From assembly GCA_002780285.1 (NCBI GenBank), contig PEVX01000019.1, positions 1 to 49,783 of the forward strand: 49,783 nucleotides of DNA. Reading direction: 5' to 3'. Position numbers and translations under genes: made by a program. Of the stretch, positions 26,963 through 35,082 are shown in pieces. The stretch comes from Candidatus Pacearchaeota archaeon CG06_land_8_20_14_3_00_35_12. GTDB taxonomy: Archaea; Nanobdellota; Nanobdellia; Pacearchaeales; PEVX01. Under the pieces are notes generated by a model, which had not been told where the DNA came from, ran no database searches, and was given only the letters and a program-made list of their open reading frames with translations. Position 1 is the first letter of the stretch. The number at the start of each line of letters is the position of its first letter.

Positions 26963-27045
26963 AAACCCAAGAACTTGGGTTTGTTTATAAACATTATTTC
27001 AATTTGAAATATACAAAAAATCAACTACTTTGTTTTATTCCTCAA

Positions 27046-27519
27046 TCAAAATAATTTAGAAAGGATTTTCAGCGGCAAGATTAGGATTATGCATATGAAG
27101 ATTACTATTATAAACAAAACATTTTCCATGATGCTTCCAGTTCTTACTGGTCCTTGACTTGATTTTTTAGAAGGCCACCAGAATCTGACTCCATCAATTG
27201 TAAAAGAATCAAGCATTAAATGAAGAGTGTATCCAAAGAAAATTGGAAGTGCAATGCTTGGAATAAAAAATAGAAAGGGAAGTGAGAGCGCAAGGCAAAA
27301 AGTCATGCTATGGAATATTCCTCTATGCTTTGAGATGCTTAAATCAGGCGCAGGGTCTATTTTGTTCGTTTTTTTAGTTATGAATGATGTTGCAGAATCT
27401 ATGTCTGGCAAAATTGTTGCTGCAAAAAATAAAACTGTGAAAAGAAGTTTATCTTGGATAAAGGGGAGAATTATCAGTGCAACAAGCAATGCAAAAACTA
27501 AATGGGTTCGATGCATCAT
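27046..27519 (-). CDS. Membrane-bound metal-dependent hydrolase (DUF457/YdjM-like)
   Basis: MMHRTHLVFALLVALII...LPDIDS...HRGIFHS...LHLMLDSFT. His/Asp pattern and 4 TM typical of the family. Confidence 0.5.
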   Translation of the reverse strand: MMHRTHLVFALLVALIILPFIQDKLLFTVLFFAATILPDIDSATSFITKKTNKIDPAPDLSISKHRGIFHSMTFCLALSLPFLFFIPSIALPIFFGYTLHLMLDSFTIDGVRFWWPSKKSSQGPVRTGSIMENVLFIIVIFICIILILPLKILSKLF

Positions 27520-27529
27520 TTTCCATTAA

Positions 27530-28522
27530 TCATGCAGATAGTTGTTTAATCAGTTCATCTGGATTTGCTTCCTGCAAATCTGAGATTATCATTTCTGGAT
27601 CATTAAAAAGCTTGTTTAGTCGCACACGGCCAGAGACAAAAAAATCTTTTCCCAAAAGTTCTAATTTTTTTTGAGTCAAAAAAGCAGAATCCTTTAATTT
27701 TGAAATATCTCCTTTTTCTATATTCAATAATTGAGAAATTGCATCATCAAAAAGAACTGAGCGAATGTTGTCAGTTCCATCATCAAAAACAACAGTCATT
27801 ATTGCCTTATACTGTGGGATTACATTTCCGTGTGTTGAACAATAAAAATGCTCGCCTTGCTGTACAATCTTAATATTGCATTCAGGGCAAGTTGTAAAGA
27901 ATCTTGGTTCAAAAAATCTGATTAAGGTTGCATTTGCTCTTATCCGTTCATTTATTTGAGCTTCGGCAATTGGTTTTTGAATACCATCATTTAATTGAGA
28001 AAGCATTTGGTTTGAAGCAGATTCAGAAATGGTGAGTTTTACATCACTCTTTGAAATATTTGAGGTTGAGCTCAGATGAAGCTCCTTTTCTCCCAAGCCC
28101 CGCACAGAAGCAGCATTTATTTCAACGACATCTCCTTCCCCAATCTCTTTTTTTTCAATTAATGAAATATGATTTGTGTCCCAAAGAACAACGCGTATGC
28201 TTCCTGTTTCATCTGCGACTCTTAAAACTCCGATTTTCCCTTCGCGTTCTCCTTTTTTGAAATTTCTTACTGGCTCTATCTTCAGAATTTTTCCAAGCAC
28301 GTTTGCTTTTCTTAAGCCCATAAGGAGCTCAGAAATTTTCATTCTTTGATTTTCAAAATTAACACCTAATTCTGCCGCAACAATCTGTGCAGCGCCTTCT
28401 TTGCTGATAAGTCCAGATAGTTTTGCCCTTTTTGCGTCAATTCTTCTTTCAAGCTCTTCTTTTGTAAGTGAGGAAAGTCTAGAAATTCTTTCGAGAAGCT
28501 GATCATAATTTGCCTGAATCAT
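27530..28522 (-). CDS. Replication protein A (RPA)-like ssDNA-binding protein with OB folds and zinc ribbon
   Basis: MIQANYDQLLERISRLSSLTKEELERRIDAKRAKLSGLISKEGAAQIVAAELGV N-terminal domain. OB-fold region (GKILKIEPVRNFKKGEREGKIGVLRVADETGSIRVVLWD). Zinc ribbon CPECN...YCSTHG. The start could instead be further upstream (track start 28543 is TTG). Confidence 0.7.
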   Translation of the reverse strand: MIQANYDQLLERISRLSSLTKEELERRIDAKRAKLSGLISKEGAAQIVAAELGVNFENQRMKISELLMGLRKANVLGKILKIEPVRNFKKGEREGKIGVLRVADETGSIRVVLWDTNHISLIEKKEIGEGDVVEINAASVRGLGEKELHLSSTSNISKSDVKLTISESASNQMLSQLNDGIQKPIAEAQINERIRANATLIRFFEPRFFTTCPECNIKIVQQGEHFYCSTHGNVIPQYKAIMTVVFDDGTDNIRSVLFDDAISQLLNIEKGDISKLKDSAFLTQKKLELLGKDFFVSGRVRLNKLFNDPEMIISDLQEANPDELIKQLSA

Positions 28523-28592
28523 ACTGTAAAAAACCATAAACAATTTATAAAGTTTCTGTCACTGCAAAAAACAATTCCTATAAGTTATATGA

Positions 28593-29342
28593 TTAGTTTA
28601 TTTTCAATGCAACAGCCATAAAAATCGGGGCATACCTGATAGAACTAACATCAGCAAAAAGATAATTTCTTGTTGTTGAAAAATTCAAAAGTAGATAACC
28701 CGAGCTAATAGATTTGTCAGAAACTATCCATCTGTCTGAATTCATTGAAATGCAGTTCAGAATATCATCTTTTGATTTGCATTCATTTATTTTTGAATTG
28801 ATTTTTGAATAAATTTCTGGAAAATCAGTAAAGTTAATTCTGATTTCTGTCAGATTGATTGAAAAACTTGGATTGTAGGAATAATTCAATTCAAAATCTC
28901 CTTCATTGCCATAAAATGTCAGATTTTTAGTATCTGCATTCATTTTCAAGATTTGATTATCCAATATTGGCTTGTAATCTGGAGAAATTTTCAGAAATTC
29001 AATAAACTTTCCATTTATTTGTTCTATTTTTGGGTTGCAATTATCATTCCAAATAACATGATTGTTATATATCTCGCAAGAATCATCAAAAACCGCGGCT
29101 TTTAAGGCTATTTGCTGAAATGTCTGCTGAAGTGAGATAAAAGAATGGTCTGTCGTATAAATTTGATCTGTTGTTTTGTTTAGATTGAGCTCCTGAACTT
29201 TCTGTGGAATCTCTATGCTGACTAAATTTTTCTTTTGCTCATTAGAAAAAACTACAATAACATAGATAGAAATGACTAAAAAAGTCAAAAACAGGCCAAT
29301 TGCAAAATAATGCCCTTTTTTGTTAGTCTTAAGGTTTTTCAT
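28593..29342 (-). CDS. Pilin-like protein with class III signal peptide (5th gene of a five-gene string)
   Basis: MKNLKTNKKG|HYFAIGLFLTFLVISIYVIVVF. TAA-A-ATG junction with the upstream gene. Confidence 0.6.
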   Translation of the reverse strand: MKNLKTNKKGHYFAIGLFLTFLVISIYVIVVFSNEQKKNLVSIEIPQKVQELNLNKTTDQIYTTDHSFISLQQTFQQIALKAAVFDDSCEIYNNHVIWNDNCNPKIEQINGKFIEFLKISPDYKPILDNQILKMNADTKNLTFYGNEGDFELNYSYNPSFSINLTEIRINFTDFPEIYSKINSKINECKSKDDILNCISMNSDRWIVSDKSISSGYLLLNFSTTRNYLFADVSSIRYAPIFMAVALKIN

Positions 29343-29343
29343 T

Positions 29344-29847
29344 TTATTTGTTAGGTTTTTCTATTCCAAAATTTATTGTTGCATTTTGATTAATGGAAAG
29401 AGGCAAGTATAAAATCAATTGAGATTCTTTTTTTGCAGAATATGCTGTTGAAACAACAGTTATTTTGTTGGTGCAATCAACATAAAAACCATAAAGTGCA
29501 TAATTTTCATAAACAGAATCAAAAATTTTCTTTGTTTCTGTTTCTAATAGCGGAACATAAGAGCTATCAATACAGGCAAGCTTGATTAAATTCGACATTG
29601 TCAGATTCTCATTTTTTCCATTTATTGCAACCTGCACAGGAGTTTCTAAATAACCTTGCAAAGTGACTAATGCCTCGGATTTTGTCAAAGAACTGATTGT
29701 TTCAGGAGAGATATTTTTGAAAACAAGACTTGGTGCAATTATCAGGAAAAAAGCTGCAAGTAAGATTCCTATAAAGATGGTAACAAAAAGATAAGTGAAT
29801 ACTTTACCTATTGCTCCTTTTTTGTTTTTTAATAAATTGCTTGTCAT
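29344..29847 (-). CDS. Pilin-like protein with class III signal peptide
   Basis: MTSNLLKNKKG|AIGKVFTYLFVTIFIGILLAAFFLII. TAA-A-ATG junctions on both sides. Confidence 0.6.
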   Translation of the reverse strand: MTSNLLKNKKGAIGKVFTYLFVTIFIGILLAAFFLIIAPSLVFKNISPETISSLTKSEALVTLQGYLETPVQVAINGKNENLTMSNLIKLACIDSSYVPLLETETKKIFDSVYENYALYGFYVDCTNKITVVSTAYSAKKESQLILYLPLSINQNATINFGIEKPNK

Positions 29848-29848
29848 T

Positions 29849-30358
29849 TTACATCAAATTTTTTTCTATTTTCAAAATATCTACATTCAAATCAAGAATA
29901 AAAGATGTATTTGTTGAATTTAGAAGATAGTATTTGTACTGCCGGCAAACTGGAAAATTAGTAATTTTTGTGCCTTTTTTCATTGCGGCACATAATGGCA
30001 ATACGTCTGTATTTCCCCATGAAAGTTCATTGATTTTTGACTGTGAGGAATTGTAAAGAACAGCAGAGATATAAAAATCCTTTTTCTGTTCTGCTGAAAA
30101 ACCAATGCATTTTTCAAAAATATCTATATTTAAATTGGATTCAACAAGATAAAGTTTATCTTGCATTTGAGTTGTTATGCATTTTACAAATCTATCAGAA
30201 ATAGCTGAGGCTTCTATATCGCGAACATCATAAGGCCTTGAATAAACAAAAGTTACAACCAAAACAATTGAGCCAGCTACAACAAGAAGCAAGAATATTC
30301 TATAAAACCATAGAATAATTTCTGCTCCAAGCGCGGCTTTTTTGTTTTGAAATATCAT
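29849..30358 (-). CDS. Pilin-like protein with class III signal peptide
   Basis: MIFQNKKA|ALGAEIILWFYRIFLLLVVAGSIVLVV (Glu at +5 if cleaved after KKA). TAA-A-ATG junctions. Confidence 0.6.
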   Translation of the reverse strand: MIFQNKKAALGAEIILWFYRIFLLLVVAGSIVLVVTFVYSRPYDVRDIEASAISDRFVKCITTQMQDKLYLVESNLNIDIFEKCIGFSAEQKKDFYISAVLYNSSQSKINELSWGNTDVLPLCAAMKKGTKITNFPVCRQYKYYLLNSTNTSFILDLNVDILKIEKNLM

Positions 30359-30359
30359 T

Positions 30360-30764
30360 TTAGATTTTGCAGATGATTATTGAAGGAAGTTTAACTTTAA
30401 GAGTGGATTTTTCTCCCTCTGTTCCCTGAGCAATTTGTGGAGAGGGAGATGAAGGAACTCCTTGTTCGCAATTTACAGGCAATATAGAAAAGAAAGAATA
30501 GCTTTTTTTGTCTACAAAAACATCTTTTTCTCCGAAAGTTATTGCAAATGGAGAAGTTATCCTGAATGTTGTTCCTGAACCGCTGAAATCTATGCTTAAT
30601 GCAAGCTCTTTTGTAAGCGCCTGCTGCTTGATTAAATTATTTTTTGCTGCATTGTTTACGAATAAGATCAATGATGAAAAAATAAAAATGATGAAAATTA
30701 ATTGGAATATCACATTATAAAGTTCTTCCTGCCCTTTTTTATTTTCAAGAAATTTTCTTTTCAT
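30360..30764 (-). CDS. Pilin-like protein with class III signal peptide
   Basis: MKRKFLENKKG|QEELYNVIFQLIFIIFIFSSLILFV. Confidence 0.6.
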   Translation of the reverse strand: MKRKFLENKKGQEELYNVIFQLIFIIFIFSSLILFVNNAAKNNLIKQQALTKELALSIDFSGSGTTFRITSPFAITFGEKDVFVDKKSYSFFSILPVNCEQGVPSSPSPQIAQGTEGEKSTLKVKLPSIIICKI

Positions 30765-30782
30765 TTTTAATTGATAAAATGT

Positions 30783-31688
30783 TTATGGAATGCTCTTTAT
30801 ATTGCCACATTTCTCATATAATTCAGTAGGAGTGTAAGGAACTAAATTCAGAATATAACAGCCCTCCAAATTTCCGTTGCAGTATGCAGACGCCATCACC
30901 CCTTGCATATGCTGAGAAAAAAGCTGAACTGGAAGGAGAACCATTCCAAACCTCAATAATCCCTTAGTTAAAGTTCCAATTCCCGCTCCCTTGAAAAGAA
31001 GTATATTCCCGCCCTCAAGACCAAGAGCAAGAGCAAGGTCTTTTTTTAGGGGCTCCCAAAAATCTTGTCCTTTTATTCCCATAAAAATCACGGCATAATC
31101 CTGTGAGGTTTTGACATATGGATCGATTGCTGTTTGAGTTGAGAGAGCAACACCTTTTTGATTTGCAAAATATTCACTATAATTAACATTCTTTCCAGGA
31201 ACGGGGGTAGTATCTAAATATTTTAGAAGATTAACTTGGGGTGTTTGTTGGCTTATTGATTTATCAAAATGAATAATAGAACAGATTAAGCAGGTAGTTT
31301 TGGGATTAAATCCAACAGAGGTCAGTTCAATCCATGCGCCTTCAGAAAGAAAATTATATTTTCCCTCTCCAAGCATCCACCAGCAATCATATAATGCTCC
31401 CGTAATTTCCTTATTTATCTGTGCTTCATTTGCTGTTTCAATTGAAATATTTTGGGTCTTGCATTTTAAGGGCATTTCCTTGAAGACATATTCTGTTCCT
31501 GGAATTTTATTTAATACTGGGAATTCTCCTGACTTTGCAATAACAGAGGCGTGGCATGTTTCTTTTGTGACTGTGTTTATGAATAGATATCTAAGCGGGC
31601 CTAAAAATGCAAAAACTACAAGCAATGCTGCGACGCTAATAATAATCCCGATTAAAACTTCTCTCTGTATACCTCTTTTATTCATCAT
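30783..31688 (-). CDS. Pilin-like protein with class III signal peptide (first gene of the string)
   Basis: The internal start at 31688 gives MMNKRG|IQREVLIGIIISVAALLVVFAF. The track start at 31727 would leave only 15 nt to the divergent gene. Confidence 0.6.
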   Translation of the reverse strand: MMNKRGIQREVLIGIIISVAALLVVFAFLGPLRYLFINTVTKETCHASVIAKSGEFPVLNKIPGTEYVFKEMPLKCKTQNISIETANEAQINKEITGALYDCWWMLGEGKYNFLSEGAWIELTSVGFNPKTTCLICSIIHFDKSISQQTPQVNLLKYLDTTPVPGKNVNYSEYFANQKGVALSTQTAIDPYVKTSQDYAVIFMGIKGQDFWEPLKKDLALALGLEGGNILLFKGAGIGTLTKGLLRFGMVLLPVQLFSQHMQGVMASAYCNGNLEGCYILNLVPYTPTELYEKCGNIKSIP

Positions 31689-31742
31689 ATAGATAAGAGA
31701 AGAATAATAATTATAAAGCTTTTGCAATTTTGAACTTTTAGG

Positions 31743-33284
31743 ATGTTGTCAAAAATCAGTAAAAAAACCGCAAAAGGGCTTGCAGCTCTTGCAATTACTA
31801 CTGGACTTGTGGGAATTTTAGCTTCGCCTTCAAAAAGCGAAACAAAAGATGTTTTTGTTTCTGAACAATATTTAATAGACGTTGATAGCCCAAGAAAATA
31901 TCTTGGGCCGCTGCCAAAAGTTGGAGTTACAATTGAAATTGAAGGAGAAACCCAGCCAAACTGGTATGAGTTCATTTTTTCTTTTTATACAGATGGATGG
32001 GATAAAAAGAAGAACAGAATAAATGATTTTTATAATATTGATGTGCAAAGCTATCTTGATTTGGTTTATCCAAAACCAATGGATATTCCTGCTGATGTGA
32101 GGCAGAGAAGTCAGGTTCTTGATGTTGTAACAAAAAAAGGATTGAGCGGGCAAATGAAGCAGCTTTATCCGTTAAAAGATGCTCCATTTGCAAAAGCAAC
32201 AATTGATATTGGAAATTTCCTGGTAGACAGGGGAGAAGAAGTGCTTTTATGGAGCTTTGGCGGCCCGTTGCTTCCTGGAGCGGCAACGCTTACAAGAAAA
32301 CAAGGGCTTGAAAAAATAGTTCAGTTTATTATTGATACTGAAAATATTCCAAGAAGAGATGTTTTAATGCTGCTTGAACAAGACAATGAGATTGCAAATA
32401 TAAAATGGAATGTAGTTGATGAACTCGGAGCTAAAATTACTCCTGCAACACAAATTTATGTTCCTTTTATCTTCAGAAGTGAAAAAGAAAAGAAGTTTTG
32501 GGCTTTAATAAATTTGACAATAAAAAGAGAAACATTGGTTTCTAATTCCGACCAGGGGGTTGTTCGAAATGCTGTTTTTGAAATTGATTTAAACAAACCA
32601 TTGAAACAAATAACATATGATGATGTTAAAAATTATATTTTGCAGGAAAAGGCTGATAGGATATCAAAAATATATTCTGCTGAAAGAAATTTCGGGGAAG
32701 GAGAGTTGGATGCGTTAAAAATCTCAAGCTCAAACATAGATAATTCCCCAAGAAAGGAAAGAATTGCATTGGCGGTAAGAGAAGAAAGAAGAATAGAAAA
32801 GGGCTTTGATGAGAATTTTTATATTCCCCATTGGAGTTATGATTTCTATATTTTTCCAGGAGTTGGAAAAGAAGTAGGGCCAATTTTAAAGGATTCTGTG
32901 GATTGTGTTACCATCAATAAAATAGAAGGTTCTATTCCTATGCCAAAAAGCATTGATGTTTTGGTTGGCGATTTCAATGATGATTGGAATAATGATATTT
33001 TGGTTTCTTATGAGGGATTTTATTTTGGAGAAGGCGATAATTACAATACATTTCAATTTTTTAATCTTTATTTGAATGAAAGAGACAGATTTAAACGAAT
33101 TCAGGTTGGAGAATGGGATTTATTGACATATGCGCCAAAGATCGGGGGAAAAAAATGGAAAATGCTTGTAAATGGTATGAAAGAAAAAAACATTGAAAAA
33201 ATAAAAAAAGCGATTAAAGAAGAGATGAGTTCAAAGGCAGGCAATCCTGAAGAATATAAAATAATTTATAAGAAAAAAATCTGA
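31743..33284 (+). CDS. Secreted hypothetical protein (signal or class III-like N-terminus; one FG-GAP/VCBS-like segment)
   Basis: MLSKISKKTAKG|LAALAITTGLVGILASPSKSE. Later LVGDFNDDWNNDILVSY resembles an FG-GAP-type repeat. It is the only plus-strand gene between the two pilin operons. Confidence 0.5.
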   Translation: MLSKISKKTAKGLAALAITTGLVGILASPSKSETKDVFVSEQYLIDVDSPRKYLGPLPKVGVTIEIEGETQPNWYEFIFSFYTDGWDKKKNRINDFYNIDVQSYLDLVYPKPMDIPADVRQRSQVLDVVTKKGLSGQMKQLYPLKDAPFAKATIDIGNFLVDRGEEVLLWSFGGPLLPGAATLTRKQGLEKIVQFIIDTENIPRRDVLMLLEQDNEIANIKWNVVDELGAKITPATQIYVPFIFRSEKEKKFWALINLTIKRETLVSNSDQGVVRNAVFEIDLNKPLKQITYDDVKNYILQEKADRISKIYSAERNFGEGELDALKISSSNIDNSPRKERIALAVREERRIEKGFDENFYIPHWSYDFYIFPGVGKEVGPILKDSVDCVTINKIEGSIPMPKSIDVLVGDFNDDWNNDILVSYEGFYFGEGDNYNTFQFFNLYLNERDRFKRIQVGEWDLLTYAPKIGGKKWKMLVNGMKEKNIEKIKKAIKEEMSSKAGNPEEYKIIYKKKI

Positions 33285-33386
33285 TTAAAAAACTCCAAGT
33301 CTTGTTAAAATCAGTTTAATTGCAAAAGCAATAAGTATTGCAAAAGCAACCCATACAGCAATTTTTATAATTTGGTCAAGCGTCAT
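33285..33386 (-). CDS. Possible 33-aa single-TM peptide at the operon end (below track cutoff)
   Basis: MTLDQIIKIAVWVAFAILIAFAIKLILTRLGVF. The ATG at 33386 lies 6 nt after the stop of the pilin-GH73 gene. Confidence 0.35.
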   Translation of the reverse strand: MTLDQIIKIAVWVAFAILIAFAIKLILTRLGVF

Positions 33387-33392
33387 TTTTGT

Positions 33393-34424
33393 TTATGCCA
33401 CTGCTGTTCCAGTAGCAGGGGATAAATAAATATTGCTTGCAACTGCAACTTTGATAACTCCTTCTGCCCAGTTTGCATCTGATGCATAAATACATGGTTT
33501 TCCTGCGTATGGCCCGCTGCATCCGGAAATCGCAAAAATCATTTGCTGGGGATCGTCTTTGTATTTCATAGCTTCGGTATATGCTGGGAGAGTTGAGATT
33601 ATACGCACAAAATCATTCACTGATTCGCATTGATCATGATATCTTTTAAATTCAGCTCCTCCTCTTGGTTTTCCACCAACAGTGCTGTATTCTGCAGACG
33701 GAACCCAATAACTAGTTCCAGCAGGCCCTGTTCCTTTAATTCCAAAAAGATTATACGCATAGGTTCCATCAAGGGGATTTTTTCCGCTTGCCAACCCGCT
33801 TGTTCCTCCTGCGCTTTCATGAACAGCAACGCCAATAATTACTTCAACAGGAACTCCTGAACTTGCAGAAGCATCGAGAATGCATTGTCCTAATCCTGCG
33901 AGAGCGGGATATTTTTTCTGAAGATATTCATCTAATTGTGTTTTTGAAGGGCGGTATGCTTTATATTCCCCAACAGGAGTCCCGCCAATATTATAATCTT
34001 TTTCTTCATTCAGCGCAACCAAGTAAAAATATTTTCCTTTTGGGGCAATTTGTTCTATAAATGGAAGTCCGCCTTTTAACAACGGCTTTGTAAGCTCTTT
34101 GCAAACAGTTTTTTCATTAGAGCAATCTGCTTTTCCAAATGAATCTGGGCAAATGCAAATTTTATTTCCTTCGCTCGAAAGCCACCAGCCTTGCGGGGTA
34201 TAAAGATACAAGAGTACACTATCTCCAATGTTCGAGGAATCTAAAGAATTGAACATTTCATCAAGTCTTGCGCTTGCTTGCTCTTTCTGTAGTTGCTGGC
34301 CATTCCAACAACTTGCCATAAAAGAAAATGCCCAAAAAAGCATCAATACAACTATGGCTCCGATTATTAAATCAAAAATAAATTCAAGCAAGGCAAATCC
34401 TCTTTTATTTTGCTTAAGTAACAT
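33393..34424 (-). CDS. Pilin-like N-terminus fused to a GH73/FlgJ-type peptidoglycan N-acetylglucosaminidase domain
   Basis: N-terminus MLLKQNKRG|FALLEFIFDLIIGAIVVLMLFWAF (checked against the DNA). C-terminal SSGVPVEVIIGVAVHESAGGTS...YNLFGIKGTG...SAEYSTVGGKPRGGAEFKRYHDQCESVNDFVRII...YASDANWAEGV matches the glucosaminidase-domain motifs as recalled for E. coli FlgJ (GVP..ILAQAALESGWG, YNLFG[IV]K, TTEYE...FRVY..., YATDP.Y). Confidence 0.8.
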   Translation of the reverse strand: MLLKQNKRGFALLEFIFDLIIGAIVVLMLFWAFSFMASCWNGQQLQKEQASARLDEMFNSLDSSNIGDSVLLYLYTPQGWWLSSEGNKICICPDSFGKADCSNEKTVCKELTKPLLKGGLPFIEQIAPKGKYFYLVALNEEKDYNIGGTPVGEYKAYRPSKTQLDEYLQKKYPALAGLGQCILDASASSGVPVEVIIGVAVHESAGGTSGLASGKNPLDGTYAYNLFGIKGTGPAGTSYWVPSAEYSTVGGKPRGGAEFKRYHDQCESVNDFVRIISTLPAYTEAMKYKDDPQQMIFAISGCSGPYAGKPCIYASDANWAEGVIKVAVASNIYLSPATGTAVA

Positions 34425-34469
34425 CAGAAATTAAAAGAAATCTCTTATTTAAAACTTATTTTTACAATT

Positions 34470-34661
34470 TTATGGCTGTGTTACATTAGTTGCCTTCCAT
34501 GCTCCGAAAATCTCTTTTATCTTGTTCAGGAGGTCTGGAAAAATATGCTGGCCGGTTGCCACCTGCCAGAAAATAAGAGTTATAACAAGGACTAAAACCA
34601 CGATAATAATTATGACAAGAGTATCGACAGGAAGCCCCTGCGCTTTTTTTCTTGAAAGCAT
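34470..34661 (-). CDS. Small pilin (63 aa) with class III signal peptide
   Basis: The ATG at 34661 gives MLSRKKA|QGLPVDTLVIIIIVVLVLVITLIFWQ... The track start at 34685 would overlap the upstream gene. Confidence 0.6.
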   Translation of the reverse strand: MLSRKKAQGLPVDTLVIIIIVVLVLVITLIFWQVATGQHIFPDLLNKIKEIFGAWKATNVTQP

Positions 34662-34675
34662 TTTAGAAAAGCAGA

Positions 34676-35017
34676 TCATGCACAAGTTATTACTGCATCA
34701 CAGATAGAGCCTAAAATTTGCTTGCATGTTTTAGAAACTGCTTTTCCTGTTGCAGTGTCCAAAACACTTACTTTCATGCAGCAGGCTGCCTCTTTAGATG
34801 TCAAAAATGCAGAATCACAATAAGCCTTGGCATCTGCATCAGTCATTGTCCCTGCGCCAAAAAAGCCAGCTATTCTTGGCCACACATTGCTCCATCCTAC
34901 TGTAAATCCAAAAATTAAAAAAACCATGACTAAAACAGCGAGAATAATTATTATAATTGTTGTAACATTAATTTCCTGTGCTTTCTTTTCTTTCAAGAAA
35001 CTTGAAATATTTTTCAT
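34676..35017 (-). CDS. Small pilin (113 aa) with class III signal peptide, Cys-rich globular part
   Basis: MKNISSFLKEKKA|QEINVTTIIIIILAVLVMVFLIFGF..., then 6 Cys in about 60 aa. Confidence 0.6.
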   Translation of the reverse strand: MKNISSFLKEKKAQEINVTTIIIIILAVLVMVFLIFGFTVGWSNVWPRIAGFFGAGTMTDADAKAYCDSAFLTSKEAACCMKVSVLDTATGKAVSKTCKQILGSICDAVITCA

Positions 35018-35082
35018 TTTTTCCTCTTTTATTAATGGATTATAATGGGATATGTTATTTTTAAAGATTTCTTTTTAGCCTC

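Noticed and set aside
31685-31975. 96-aa minus-strand ORF overlapping the start of the 31743-33284 gene
   Set aside because: It is an out-of-frame overlap with a better-supported 513-aa secreted protein, and it has no signal or start context.
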